From Candidatus Hydrogenedentota bacterium (GTDB taxonomy: Bacteria > Hydrogenedentota > Hydrogenedentia > Hydrogenedentales > SLHB01), in NCBI GenBank assembly GCA_963745075.1, contig CAVUWV010000009.1:192001-256000 (forward strand): DNA of 64,000 bases, given 5' to 3'. Below, piece by piece: positions 50,142-61,036 of this stretch. The notes below the pieces were generated by a model. That model was not told the origin of the DNA. It saw only the letters and a program-made list of their open reading frames with translations, and ran no database searches. Numbering within the stretch: the first letter of the stretch is position 1; each line of letters begins with the position of its first letter. The position numbers and the translations under genes are program-made.

Positions 50142-50176
50142 CCTCCCCCCGTTCACGGGGGGGGGGAACAGAGGGG
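50142..50176. repeat. REP-like C-run/G-run hairpin family F
   Basis: CCTCCCCCCGTTCACGGGGGG...ACAGAGGGG. Confidence 0.55.
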
Positions 50177-50340
50177 CTTCTCCCCAAAGCCGATGAAATC
50201 TCACCAGAGTCTCTACCTAACCGGTCAACCCGAAACCGTACTTTTGGGGCTGCCTTCAGGGTGTTCCTCCGTGCTCGCGCGGTCGCCGACCGCGCGATTC
50301 AGTGTACTTGGTCGTGCAACGGCACTACAGAGGTCGACTC

Positions 50341-51138
50341 CTACAGATTCTCCCGCGCGTAGGCGACGGCGTTGCGGAAGACTTGGAGACCTGCGCCTTC
50401 TTCGGGGAGGTTTTCGCGGTACCAGCGGGGATGGTGGTGGCGGTCGATGTAGGCTTCCGGGTGGGGCATGAGGCCGAAGATTCGGCCCGTGGCGTCGCAG
50501 ATGCCGGCGATGTCGTCCTGGGAACCGTTGGGATTGTCCGGGAACTCGCCGTGGGCGGGTTCGCCGTCGTGGCGGCAGTAGCGCAACGCAACGTGACCAC
50601 CCGCCTTCAACGTGTCCAGGACCGACGCGTCCCGCGTCACGAACTTGCCTTCGCCGTGGCGGATGGGGAGTTCCAGCCGCGCAATATCCTTCAGCCACAC
50701 GCATTTCGTGTTCGGATCGCGTTTCAACGAGACCCACCGATCCTCGAACCGGCCGGAATCGTTGTGCGTCAGCGTGACTTCCTGTTTGAAGCCCCCGTTC
50801 AACATGGGGAGCATACCCATTTTCACGAGCACCTGGAACCCGTTGCAGATTCCGATGACGAGCTTGCCGTCGTCGACGAACTTCCGCAGGTGTTCCCCCA
50901 AGGCATAGCGCAGCCGATTCGCCAGGATGCGCCCCGACGCCACGTCGTCGCCAAAGGAAAATCCGCCCGGCACCGCGAGGATGGCGTACCGCTCCAGATT
51001 CTCCGGCGCTTCCCGGACGTCGTTCAGGTGCACGCGCTCCGCCTTGGCTCCCGCCACGGACAGCGCGTGCGCCGTCTCGTTATCGCAGTTAATCCCGAAT
51101 CCCGTCAGAACCAGTGCATGTACAGTCTTTTTTGACAA
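50341..51138 (-). CDS. purQ: FGAM synthase glutaminase subunit
   Basis: GINCDNET, PGGFSFGD, GICNGFQ, HGEG, NPNGS, MPHPE. Confidence 0.95.
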   Translation of the reverse strand: MSKKTVHALVLTGFGINCDNETAHALSVAGAKAERVHLNDVREAPENLERYAILAVPGGFSFGDDVASGRILANRLRYALGEHLRKFVDDGKLVIGICNGFQVLVKMGMLPMLNGGFKQEVTLTHNDSGRFEDRWVSLKRDPNTKCVWLKDIARLELPIRHGEGKFVTRDASVLDTLKAGGHVALRYCRHDGEPAHGEFPDNPNGSQDDIAGICDATGRIFGLMPHPEAYIDRHHHPRWYRENLPEEGAGLQVFRNAVAYARENL

Positions 51139-51237
51139 GGTGCGTTCTTTCCCTAACTCGGAGTTGAACCAATACGCTTCGGCGCGGCGAGATTCCACGG
51201 GACGATACCAATTCGGCGTCCTCGCGTAAGTGTTCCG

Positions 51238-51404
51238 AAGAACATCCCCCTTGATCCCCCTTCAAAGGGGGAAGCGTGCTCAGGCGCGTTTGTTGGTGCT
51301 TGCTTCACCCGACGCGTCGAATCGAAATTTTCGGTTGCCTTTAGCACAACGCAAAGCGTTGTGCCCAATTCCCCCTTTGAAGGGGGATCAAGGGGGATGT
51401 TCTT
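51238..51404. mobile_element. 167-bp element family A, copy 3 (between purL and purQ)
   Basis: Same terminal IR; hairpin GCACAACGCAAAGCGTTGTGC at 51344-51364. Confidence 0.88.
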
Positions 51405-51476
51405 CGGTCTAATGCGAACAACCGAGTGCAAATTGAGTGCTCCCGTTGGGCTTGTGCGGCTTCTTGACGTCGTCCG

Positions 51477-54471
51477 CTACCAGCGGAGCGGCCGCTGCCA
51501 CGCCTCTTTCAGATCCGCCAGCGAAACTTCATCTTCAAAATCGTCATGCCCTTTCACGCGAAAGAGCGTTTCCGGGATTACCACGCCCAGCCGCGCGTGG
51601 GGGAGACCGTGCAAGGTCGCCTCGAACGCCGCCGCATGCTTGCGCGGAATGGTCACCACGAACCGGCTCTGCGACTCACTGAACAGGGCCACCACGTTGC
51701 TCTCGACGCCCACGGACTCCAGGTCTATCTGCATACCGAACCCGCCTGCAAACGCCGATTCCGCCAGCGCAACACCCAGCCCACCATCCGAGCAATCATG
51801 GCAGGACGCGACCAATCCATCGCCGATTGCCTTGGACAGTGCCGTGTACAACGCGCGGGCTCTCTTCGCATCGACGGTCGGAACGGTCTCGCCGAGTTGA
51901 CTCCGCAGTGCAAGAAACTCGCTGCCGCCCATTTCGTTCTTCGTTTCGCCGACGACGTAGACGAGGTCGCCCGGGGTCTTGACGTCCATCGACACGACTT
52001 TGCTCACATCGCGCAGGATCGCGGCCGCTGTGAACAGCACTGTCGGCGGAATCGAAATCTTCGTATCGCCGATCTTGTAATCGTTCTTCATGCTGTCTTT
52101 GCCGCTGATCAACGGGATATCGTACGCGGTGCATACGTCGTACAGCGCCTGGCAACAGCGCACGAGTTGCGCGAGCTTGTGCTCGCCGTCCGGCGTCTTT
52201 TCGCTCTTCACGGGATCGGGCCAGCAGAAATTGTCCAGACCCGCGATCGTGCCCAGCTCCGCGCCCACCGCGACCAGATTGCGCACGGCTTCGTCTATCG
52301 CGCAGGCCATCATCGCGTAGGTGTCGATATCGCTGTATTTCGGTGTGATTCCGCAGGCGACCGCGATGCCTTTGTTCGATCCCGGCACCGGCCGAATAAC
52401 GCCCGCGTCGCCGGGTCCGTCGTGGTCAATCCCCTGGAACTGTTTCAACACACTCTGCGCCAGCACCTCGTGGTCGTACATGCGCACGAAGGTTTCCTTG
52501 CTGCACACGTTCAACGACCCGAGGACCGCTTTCAAGTCCGCAATGAGATCGCTGTCTTCAATGATTACTTCCGGTTCGAGCGCCGGCGGATTCCAGACCG
52601 CCTTGAGGTGCATCTTGGGAACGCCGTCATGCAAGAACGCCATGTCGAGCGCGCCAATCAGCTTGCCCTCGTAATGACATTCCAGGCGGCCGCTGTCGGT
52701 GAACGTGCCCAGGACCGTCGCTTCCACTTCGCGCCGCCGCGACAAGATCGAGAAACGCATCGATCTTCTCTGGCGGCACGGATAACGTCATGCGTTCCTG
52801 CGCTTCGGAAAGGAAAATCTCCCACGGCGCAAGACCGGGGTACTTTAATGGGGCGAGATCGAGATGAATCTCCGCGCCACCCGGTTCTCGCGCCATTTCA
52901 CCGACGCTCGACGACAAACCGCCCGCGCCGTCATCGGTGATGCAAGTGAACAACCCAAGATCGCGGGCCTCGATCAGGAAGTCCGCCATCTTCTTTTGCG
53001 TAATCGCGTCGCCGATCTGCACCGCCGTGGCGGGGGAACCTTCGTGCAATTCTTCCGACGAAAACGTCGCGCCATGGATCCCGTCCTTGCCGATTCGTCC
53101 GCCGCACATGACGATGTGGTCGCCGGGCAGCGCGGCTTTCTCGTGACTGGGTCTTCCCGCAACCTTCGTTGGAATCAGCCCGCCCGTGCCGCAAAAGACC
53201 AGTGGCTTGCCCAGGAATCGCTCGTGAAATACGATGGCGCCGTTCACGTCGGGAATGCCACTCTGGTTGCCGCCGTCTTTGACGCCTTGGTGTACCCCGC
53301 GCAATACGCGGCGCGGATGCATTAAGCGCGGCGGAATCTCGCCATCGTAATAGGGCGACGCGAAACAAAACACATCTGTATTGAATATGCATCGGCAACC
53401 GAGACCCGCGCCGAGCACGTCCCGGTTGACGCCTACGATTCCCGTGATGGCGCCGCCGTAGGGATCCAGCGCGGACGGACTATTGTGGGTCTCCGCTTTC
53501 AGCGCGAAGTTCCATTCCTTGTCGAACTTGATGATCCCCGCGTTGTCATGAAAGACGCTGACCAACCAATCGACGCGCTTGCCGACCTCGTCGGTTGTCG
53601 CCTTGACGAAAGTCTTGAACAGACTGTCGACAGTCCGCGTGGAACCGTCCGCGTCGACGAACTCGATCGCCGCATTAAAAATCTTATGTTTACAATGTTC
53701 CGACCAGGTTTGCGCGAGGATTTCCAATTCGATGTCGGTGGGCTGCCCAGGCAATCCGCTCGCCGAGCGTGCCTTCCGAATCTCGGGCGTGGCGTAGTAC
53801 GCCTGAATGGCCTTCAGTTCCGGAAGGTCGAGCGCCAGCATCCGGTCGCGGCTCAGTGCGAGCAGTTCGGCGTCGGAGAGATCGAGATTCACCGTTTCGA
53901 CCTCGACGGAACTCCGGTCCGTCACGATCGGAAGTCCCAGCAGCGATTCGCCGGACAGCGTCGCCATCTCGTCCCGCGACTTGACGACCCATCGTTGAAT
54001 CAGCTCGTTCGCAAGCAGGTCCTTTGCAATGCGTTCACAAACACCGTGCGACACATCGCCGTTGATAGCGTAAAGCGTGGACTTGTACACCGCTTCGCCG
54101 GGGTTCAAGGGACGTCCCAACGTATCCGCGATGCCTTCCATGGAACTCTTGCCGACATTGTCCGTCACGCCGGGGCGGAATCCCACCTCAATGACAAAAT
54201 CGAAATCATGCGCCAGCGATCCGTTCGCCGCCGACTCCTGGATAATGGGGTCCGTGAATAATTCCGCGCGGATCTTTTCCAATTCTTCGTCGGTCAGGTC
54301 CGCCTGAATCGTATAGACGTCGACGACACGGACATGGTCCACTTCGATATCGAGGTCCTCGGCCAACTGCGCACGCACGCCTTCACCTGTCGGGTCCGGC
54401 AGACCGTTCCGAATACCCACCTCGATGCGGTGGGCAACATCGACTGCGGGGACGCTACTCGACTGTGGCAT
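51477..54471 (-). CDS. purL: FGAM synthase subunit PurL (~1000 aa, PurS-like N-terminus); indel near 52745
   Basis: [55 protein letters not shown]. Confidence 0.93.
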
Positions 54472-55525
54472 AGTGAATGCTCCCCGTGTACCGTACGCGC
54501 CTTTCCCCTTCCACGACCCGCCCGATTACCGTGCCGTCGCTGCCCGCCTGACTCAACGTCCGCAGCGTCTTTTCTTCATCTTCCGGGCCGACAACGACAA
54601 GGAAACCCATCCCCATATTGAACGTGCGGAGCATTTCCCTGTCTTCGACTTCGCCGCGCTCCTGCAGGTAACGGAACACCGGTAGCGCTTCCCATGCGTC
54701 CAGGTTAATCTCAGCGCCCATCGTCTTCGGAAGCGATCGGGGAAGATTGTCGGTAATGCCGCCGCCCGTCACGTGGGCCATGCCCTTCACGTTCACGATC
54801 TTCATGAGGATTCGGATCAGTGTCGCGTAGCTCTTGTGCGGTTCCAACAGCGCTTCGCCCACGGTTCGCCCCACACCCGGCATCGCGTCATCGCAAGTCA
54901 GGCCCGCGACTTCGAAGCATATCTTTCGTGCGAGGCTATACCCATTCGTATGAAGGCCCGTGGACTTCAATCCGATGATGACGTCGCCGGGCGCAATTTG
55001 GCCGCCGTCCACGATCCGTTTCCGGTCCACGATCCCGATGATGGTCCCCGAGATGTCGTATTCGCCCTCGTAATACATCCCGGGCATCTCCGCGGTCTCG
55101 CCGCCGATCAGCGCGCAGCCCGCGTAGCGGCAACCCGCAGTCAATCCGCGTATGACGGCCACCACCACGTCCGGTTCAAGCGCGCCGAAGGCCAGGTAGT
55201 CGAGAAAAAACAGTGGCCGCGCACCCTGGACCAGAATGTCGTTGACGCAATGGGACACCAGGTCGATCCCAATCGTGTCGTGCTTGCCCGTCATGAACGC
55301 GAGCTTGAGCTTCGTGCCCACACCGTCGACGCTCGATACGAGAACCGGGTCTTCCATCCCCTTCATGTCGAGGCTGTACATGGCCCCAAAGGTGCCGATA
55401 TCGCAAATGACCCGGTCGTCGAACGTCTTGTTGACCAAGTCTTTGATCTGCCGGACCGCCTCGTCGGCCGCGTCGATGTTCACGCCCGCGTCGCGGTAAC
55501 TCAGCCCCTTCTTCTCAATTGTCAT
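54455..55525 (-). CDS. purM: AIR synthetase
   Basis: [45 protein letters not shown]. Confidence 0.96.
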   Translation of the reverse strand: MTIEKKGLSYRDAGVNIDAADEAVRQIKDLVNKTFDDRVICDIGTFGAMYSLDMKGMEDPVLVSSVDGVGTKLKLAFMTGKHDTIGIDLVSHCVNDILVQGARPLFFLDYLAFGALEPDVVVAVIRGLTAGCRYAGCALIGGETAEMPGMYYEGEYDISGTIIGIVDRKRIVDGGQIAPGDVIIGLKSTGLHTNGYSLARKICFEVAGLTCDDAMPGVGRTVGEALLEPHKSYATLIRILMKIVNVKGMAHVTGGGITDNLPRSLPKTMGAEINLDAWEALPVFRYLQERGEVEDREMLRTFNMGMGFLVVVGPEDEEKTLRTLSQAGSDGTVIGRVVEGERRVRYTGSIHYATVE

Positions 55526-55611
55526 GGTGTGCTCCACAAAATTTCGGTTGGTGATGGCTCCACGATACGCCATGGAATGCAGATTAGACAAATGAAATGT
55601 TATGATTAATT

Positions 55612-55630
55612 CGATAAGAAAAACTTATCG
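55612..55630. promoter_or_regulatory. LysR-type binding palindrome (T-N11-A)
   Basis: CGATAAG-aaaaa-CTTATCG between divergent purM and lysR. Confidence 0.65.
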
Positions 55631-55640
55631 GAGACAAGTC

Positions 55641-56499
55641 ATGACATTGGAATCCTTGCGCCAATTCCGTGCTTTGGTCGATTCCGGAAACTTCCGTCTC
55701 GCGGCAGAACGAGTCCATCGTTCGCAACCTGCCGTGAGTCATCAACTTAAGTCGCTTGAACGAGAGTTGGGCCACACCCTCGTCGACCGGAAAACCTGTC
55801 GACCAACGCCGGTGGGGCAACAACTCTACGAACGGGCATGCCAAGTCTTGTCCGACGTTCGATTCGCTTCGCCAGGAGATGAACGACTTCGACGAAACTC
55901 GCGTGCGGGAACTCCGGCTTGGCACCAGCGACACGACCGCGCTGTACGTGCTCCCTCCGGTAATTCGGCAATTTGCCGACACCATGCCGCACGCGCGCCT
56001 CGTCATCGTGAACCGGCCTACCGAAGCCATCGCGGATCACGTGGCCCGGGGAGAGCTGGATTTGGGCATTGTAACCTTGCCCACGGGTCACGAAAGTCTG
56101 GAAGCACGCGAACTTTTTCGCCAGAAACTCGTGTTGGTCCTGCCGGCCGGTCATGCACTCCAGAGTCGGCGTCGCGTCAATTTGTCTCAATTGCGGAACG
56201 AGCAGTTCTTGCTGCTTGACGCGAACACGCGGACGGGTACCCTATTGCGGGACCACTTCCACCACATCGGCTTCGAACCCCAAGTGGTGCTGGATACCGG
56301 CAGTTTTGAAGTCATCAAGCGGTACGTCGCCGAAGGGGTCGGGGTCTCCTTCTTGCCGAGAATCGTCATAACGCCGCAGGACAAATCGCTTCGGATCGTC
56401 CAAGTCCCGGGCTTGCCGGAAGTAGCGATCGGCGTCGTGCGCCGGAAAGGCGCATATCGAACCGTCGCTGAGGAAGCCTTCCTCCAATACTGGAAGTGA
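55641..56499 (+). CDS. LysR family transcriptional regulator (indel near 55859)
   Basis: FRLAAERVHRSQPAVSHQLKSLE HTH; substrate-binding domain in ORF 55756..56499. Confidence 0.9.
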
Positions 56500-56678
56500 T
56501 TTTTCCGGAATCCCCGCCCCGGTTTTCGTGTTCTTCAGAACTGAGGGTTCGGTGTCCGGTTGTGCTGGCGCGAATGCAATCTGAAATTCTCCCGTGGTAC
56601 CATGCCGTGCTGCATTGCCGCGATGGCTAAGCCGGGGCCAATACGCAAGACTGAAAACAGGGAGTTTACGGTACCTTG

Positions 56679-57723
56679 ATGAATCCCCGCATCATTCTCG
56701 CGGCCTCGGTGATGGCGTTATCGGGCATCGGATTTGCGCAGGGACCGCCACCCGCCGCCGTCACCGTCACCAACGTTGCGGAAGGCCGTCTCACGCCGAC
56801 GGCTGTGCGCAATGGCACGGTGTTTTTCAAAGAGATATCCAACCTGGCCACGGAAGTCAACGGTATTGTGAAGGAAGTCCTGTTCGAGGAAGGACAACAT
56901 CTCAACGCGGGTGCGCCCATGGTGCGGCTGGACCACGTGCTGCTCGACGCCGAGTTGGAGGCCGCCAAGGCCCAGGTGCAGCAATACGAAGCAGAACTGG
57001 AACAGGAGAAGACCCGCCTCGAACGCGCCAAGAGTCTGCTGAAAGACGAAGTGACCACACCGCAGGAATACGATGACATTCGATTCACGGTCCAGTCCTA
57101 CGATCGGCGTGTCGAAGCGGCCAAGGCCGACGCAACACGCCTTGAACGGCAGATCGCGAAGAAGACCATTTATGCACCCTTTGACGGCGTCGTCGTGGAT
57201 CGCATGAGCGAGCTTGGGGAGTGGAAGCGTGAAGGCGACACCGTGGCCGTATTCGCCCGCGACGACCTCTTCGACGTCATGGTGAATTTGCCCGAGGCGG
57301 ACCTCCGGTGGGTAAGCCCGGGTCTTGACGTTCGACATGCAGATCGCCGACAAGACCATTACCGGCACGGTCGTCACGATCGTTCCGCGCGGCGACGTCG
57401 GCACTCGCCAGTTCCCCGTGAAAATCCGAGTTTCGGATGTAGATTGGTTGCTCGAGTCCATGTCCGCGGATGTGCGAATGCCGATTGGAGAAGATACGAC
57501 CTGCACCATGGTGCCCCGGGACGCCGTCATGTTAGACGGCAACGCGAATGTTGTATTCGTCGTGCAGGACGGCGCGGCCGTGGAGATCCCGGTGAAGATC
57601 CTGGGCTACGACAAACTCCGGGCCGGGGTTCAGGCCGAGAAGCTTTCGCCAGGCATGCACGTGATTACCAAGGGTCAGGAACGGCTGCGCAACGGCCAGC
57701 CGGTCACCGTGGTTCAGCCGTAG
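56679..57723 (+). CDS. RND efflux periplasmic adaptor (MFP); indel near 57331
   Basis: TEVNGIVKEVLFEEGQ, IYAPFDGVV, VPRDAV, VITKGQERLRNGQPV. Confidence 0.88.
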
Positions 57724-57756
57724 CGACAAGAGGTTAACGCCCGAGCGTTGGAACTC

Positions 57757-60700
57757 ATGGACATCATTCGATTCTCAATTCAAAACCCCGTGACCGTTAT
57801 TGTCGGTGTGATTCTAATCGCACTGTTCGGCCTCATCTCGCTGCAAAAAATCCCCATCCAACTCAGCCCGAACGTCGAGCGACCGGTTATCACCGTGTCC
57901 ACGGTCTGGCCCGGCGCGACGCCGTACGAAATCGAGCGCGACATCGTCGAAGAGCAGGAGAAGGTCCTCAAAGGGATCCCGAATCTGTACGAACTCGAGA
58001 GCGACTCCTACAACGGCCGCAGCGAAATTACGCTGCGCTTCGATATCGGCACCGACATCGACAACGCCCTCCTTCGGGTTTCCAACAAGCTGTCCGAGGT
58101 GCCGGAATATCCGGAGAACGTCGACAAACCCGTCTTGAATGCATCGGGAGCGCGCACGTCACCCGTCATGTGGATGGTGCTGAAAACCCGCGAAGGCAAT
58201 ACGCGCGACCCCTATTCCTACCGGACCTATCTCGAAAACGAAGTCCGCCAATACATCGAACGCGTCGACGGCGTCGCAGACCTGTTTATCGGCGGCGGTG
58301 TCGAAACCGAAATGCATGTCAGAGTGAGCCCGGAGAAGCTCGCCTCCTACGGACTCACCATCGACGCTGTCGCCAATGCGCTTCGAAACGGGAACGCGAA
58401 TGTCTCCGCGGGGAACCTTGACGTTGGACGCCGCGACTATCGCGTGCGCACGGTGGCCGAATACCGTTCCACGAAAGATATCGAAAATGTGGTCGTCGTG
58501 TCGGACGGCGAACGCGAAGTGAGCGTGGGGGACCTTGCGACGGTCGAGTTTGGCTTCGAACGCCTTGATACGCCCATGATCAGCAACGGCAAACGCGGTA
58601 TCGCCGTCGGCGTGCGGCCCGAACCCAACGCGAATGTCCTCGAACTGACCGATAACGTCGAAAAGGTCATGAATGAACTCAACGAGGGGAAGCTGAAGAG
58701 GGCAGACGTCTACCTCGATCTCGTCAACGAACAGCGCCCCTACATTCGCGGGGCTATCGCCCTGTTGAAACAAAACATCCTAATCGGCGGCATTTTGGCC
58801 GTCGTCGTGTTGCTGCTCTTTCTACGGAGCATTACGCCGACCATCGTTGTATCAACATCCATTCCCATCAGCATCATCGGCACCTTCATTTTGATGCGCG
58901 CGGCCGGCAGTACCCTGAACGTGGTCAGCCTCGCCGGCATCGCCTTCGCCGTCGGGATGTTGGTCGACAACGCCATCGTCGTGCTCGAAAACATCGACCG
59001 CCATCGCAAGATGGGGAAAACTCCCCTGGATGCCGCGTACGACGGGGCGCGCGAGGTATGGGGCGCCGTGTTGGCATCCTCGCTGACGACTGTTGCCGTG
59101 TTCCTGCCCGTCGTGTTCCTGGCGGATGAAGCCGGCCAATTGTTCAAAGATATTGCCATCGCCGTGTCCTGCGCGGTGACGTTGAGTCTGATTGTATCCG
59201 TCACCGTGATCCCGATGTTTTCCAAGAAGCTCTACGCGATCCAAATCGGGAAGGGAAAGAACAACCTCGACGCGAAACCGGGCATTCTGAGCCGGTTGGG
59301 CGTGGCATCGAGTGGCGCGTTCATGGGACTGCTGGGGCTCGTCATGCGCAACCGGTTTACCCGCGTCGTCACGATCGTCCTTCTCGCGGGCGGCGCCGCG
59401 GGAATCGCGTACCTCATGCTTCCCAAGATGGAGTACCTGCCGCAGGGCAACCGGGATCTCATCATCAACATCCTCATTCCCCCGCCGGGATTATCCTTCG
59501 AAGAGCGGCAGAAAATCGGCGAAGATCTGTTCGCGTTCTTGACGCCGTACTACGAACCGGACTACGAGGGATATCCCGGCATTCGCAACGCCTTCTACGT
59601 CGGGCGTCAGCAATCCCTGATCCTCGGCGTCGTCAGCGCGAACCAACAACGCACGCCCGAATTGATTCCATTATGCCGGAAAGCATTGTCCGGCATTCCC
59701 GGCATTTTTGCCATCACCAATCAGGCCGGCATTTTCCAAAGTGGACTCGGCGAAGGCCGGACCATCACTGTAGACATCAGCGGCGGCAGCGTCGACGAAT
59801 TGGTCGGGGTCGGCGGCGCCATGTTCGGCATGATCCGCGAACGGATTCCCGACGTGCAGGTCCGGCCGATCCCGTCGTTGGACCTGCTGTTCCCGGAGGC
59901 CAATTTTGTCCCCGATCGGGAACGGCTGCGCACGGTCGGCATGACGGCGCGTGAGTTTGGCGTGGGTTTGGACGTTCTGATGGACGGCCGCGACATCGGC
60001 GATTTCAAGCAGGAAGGCGAAAAGAAGATCGATCTTATCGTCAAAACCGCCAACACCCAGATTGGCACGCCGGAAGAACTCTACAACGCCTTGATGGTGA
60101 CGCCGCAAGGGGATTCGGTGCCCGTGTCGTCGCTTGCAACCCTCGAAAAGACCAACGGCCTCACGGAAATCCGCCATCTGGAACGCGATCGCACCGTCTC
60201 GCTCCAAGTGACTCCACCCTATTCGATCACCATTCAAGAGGCGATGGAGATTATCGACAACGAAATCGTTCCCGCTTTGCGCGAAAAGGGCATGTTGGAA
60301 AACGTCGACATCGGCATGAGCGGAACGGCGGATCGATTGACCGAAACGCGGAAAGCTCTCCAGTGGAACTTCGTTCTCGCCGCGGCAATCATCTATCTGC
60401 TCATGTCGGCCCTGTTCGGGAACTTCATATACCCCTTCGTCATCATGTTTACGATCCCACTGGCCAGCGCGGGCGGACTCATCGGATTAAAACTTGTCAA
60501 CACGTTTATTGCACCGCAGCAGCTCGATATCTTGACCATGCTGGGATTCGTTATCCTGATCGGCGTCGTCGTCAACAATGCCATCCTGATCGTGTATCAA
60601 TCCCTCAACAACATCCGCGTCGACGGCATGGACTACAAAGATGCCATCATGGAGGCGACGAAGACTCGCCTGCGCCCCATTTACATGAGCGCATCGACCA

Positions 60701-60927
60701 GCATCTTCGGAATGTTGCCCCTGGTCCTCTGGCCGGGACCCGGCTCCGAGTTGTACCGTGGCCTCGGGAGCGTCGTGCTCGGCGGTCTGGCCCTGTCCAC
60801 CGTCTTCACCGTGTTCTTGATTCCGCCGCTGCTGATGTTCTTCATCGGCTGGGAAAAACGACCGGAAAAAGCGCAGCAGGAATTGCCTTTGAAGGCCGAG
60901 CCGGCCCCGTCCGGCGCCGCGAACTAG
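57757..60927 (+). CDS. RND efflux permease (AcrB/CzcA family)
   Basis: WPGATP, GMLVDNAIVVLENI, GVVVNNAIL, RLRPIYMS; ~1056 aa. Confidence 0.95.
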   Translation: MDIIRFSIQNPVTVIVGVILIALFGLISLQKIPIQLSPNVERPVITVSTVWPGATPYEIERDIVEEQEKVLKGIPNLYELESDSYNGRSEITLRFDIGTDIDNALLRVSNKLSEVPEYPENVDKPVLNASGARTSPVMWMVLKTREGNTRDPYSYRTYLENEVRQYIERVDGVADLFIGGGVETEMHVRVSPEKLASYGLTIDAVANALRNGNANVSAGNLDVGRRDYRVRTVAEYRSTKDIENVVVVSDGEREVSVGDLATVEFGFERLDTPMISNGKRGIAVGVRPEPNANVLELTDNVEKVMNELNEGKLKRADVYLDLVNEQRPYIRGAIALLKQNILIGGILAVVVLLLFLRSITPTIVVSTSIPISIIGTFILMRAAGSTLNVVSLAGIAFAVGMLVDNAIVVLENIDRHRKMGKTPLDAAYDGAREVWGAVLASSLTTVAVFLPVVFLADEAGQLFKDIAIAVSCAVTLSLIVSVTVIPMFSKKLYAIQIGKGKNNLDAKPGILSRLGVASSGAFMGLLGLVMRNRFTRVVTIVLLAGGAAGIAYLMLPKMEYLPQGNRDLIINILIPPPGLSFEERQKIGEDLFAFLTPYYEPDYEGYPGIRNAFYVGRQQSLILGVVSANQQRTPELIPLCRKALSGIPGIFAITNQAGIFQSGLGEGRTITVDISGGSVDELVGVGGAMFGMIRERIPDVQVRPIPSLDLLFPEANFVPDRERLRTVGMTAREFGVGLDVLMDGRDIGDFKQEGEKKIDLIVKTANTQIGTPEELYNALMVTPQGDSVPVSSLATLEKTNGLTEIRHLERDRTVSLQVTPPYSITIQEAMEIIDNEIVPALREKGMLENVDIGMSGTADRLTETRKALQWNFVLAAAIIYLLMSALFGNFIYPFVIMFTIPLASAGGLIGLKLVNTFIAPQQLDILTMLGFVILIGVVVNNAILIVYQSLNNIRVDGMDYKDAIMEATKTRLRPIYMSASTSIFGMLPLVLWPGPGSELYRGLGSVVLGGLALSTVFTVFLIPPLLMFFIGWEKRPEKAQQELPLKAEPAPSGAAN

Positions 60928-60980
60928 GTTCAGCGACGCGGGACGCGAATTCTTTCGATCGTAGTCGGCGAGAAACAAGA

Positions 60981-61003
60981 AGGGCGGGATTGAATCCCGC
61001 CCT
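60981..61003. terminator. Hairpin between convergent genes
   Basis: AGGGCGGGATT-g-AATCCCGCCCT. Confidence 0.55.
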
Positions 61004-61036
61004 GATACGGTTCGAACCGATTTCGCCGCTAAAATA

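Noticed and set aside
14879..51404. Family A repeats as a CRISPR array
   Set aside because: Repeats are inverted pairs dispersed over 36 kb rather than tandem direct repeats, and no cas genes are present.
51477..54471. purL and the other split genes as true pseudogenes
   Set aside because: Single-base indels in about ten otherwise intact genes, including a core biosynthetic gene, fit sequencing error better than decay.
55526..55610. Purine or ZTP riboswitch upstream of purM
   Set aside because: The region is short and no consensus elements are recognisable.
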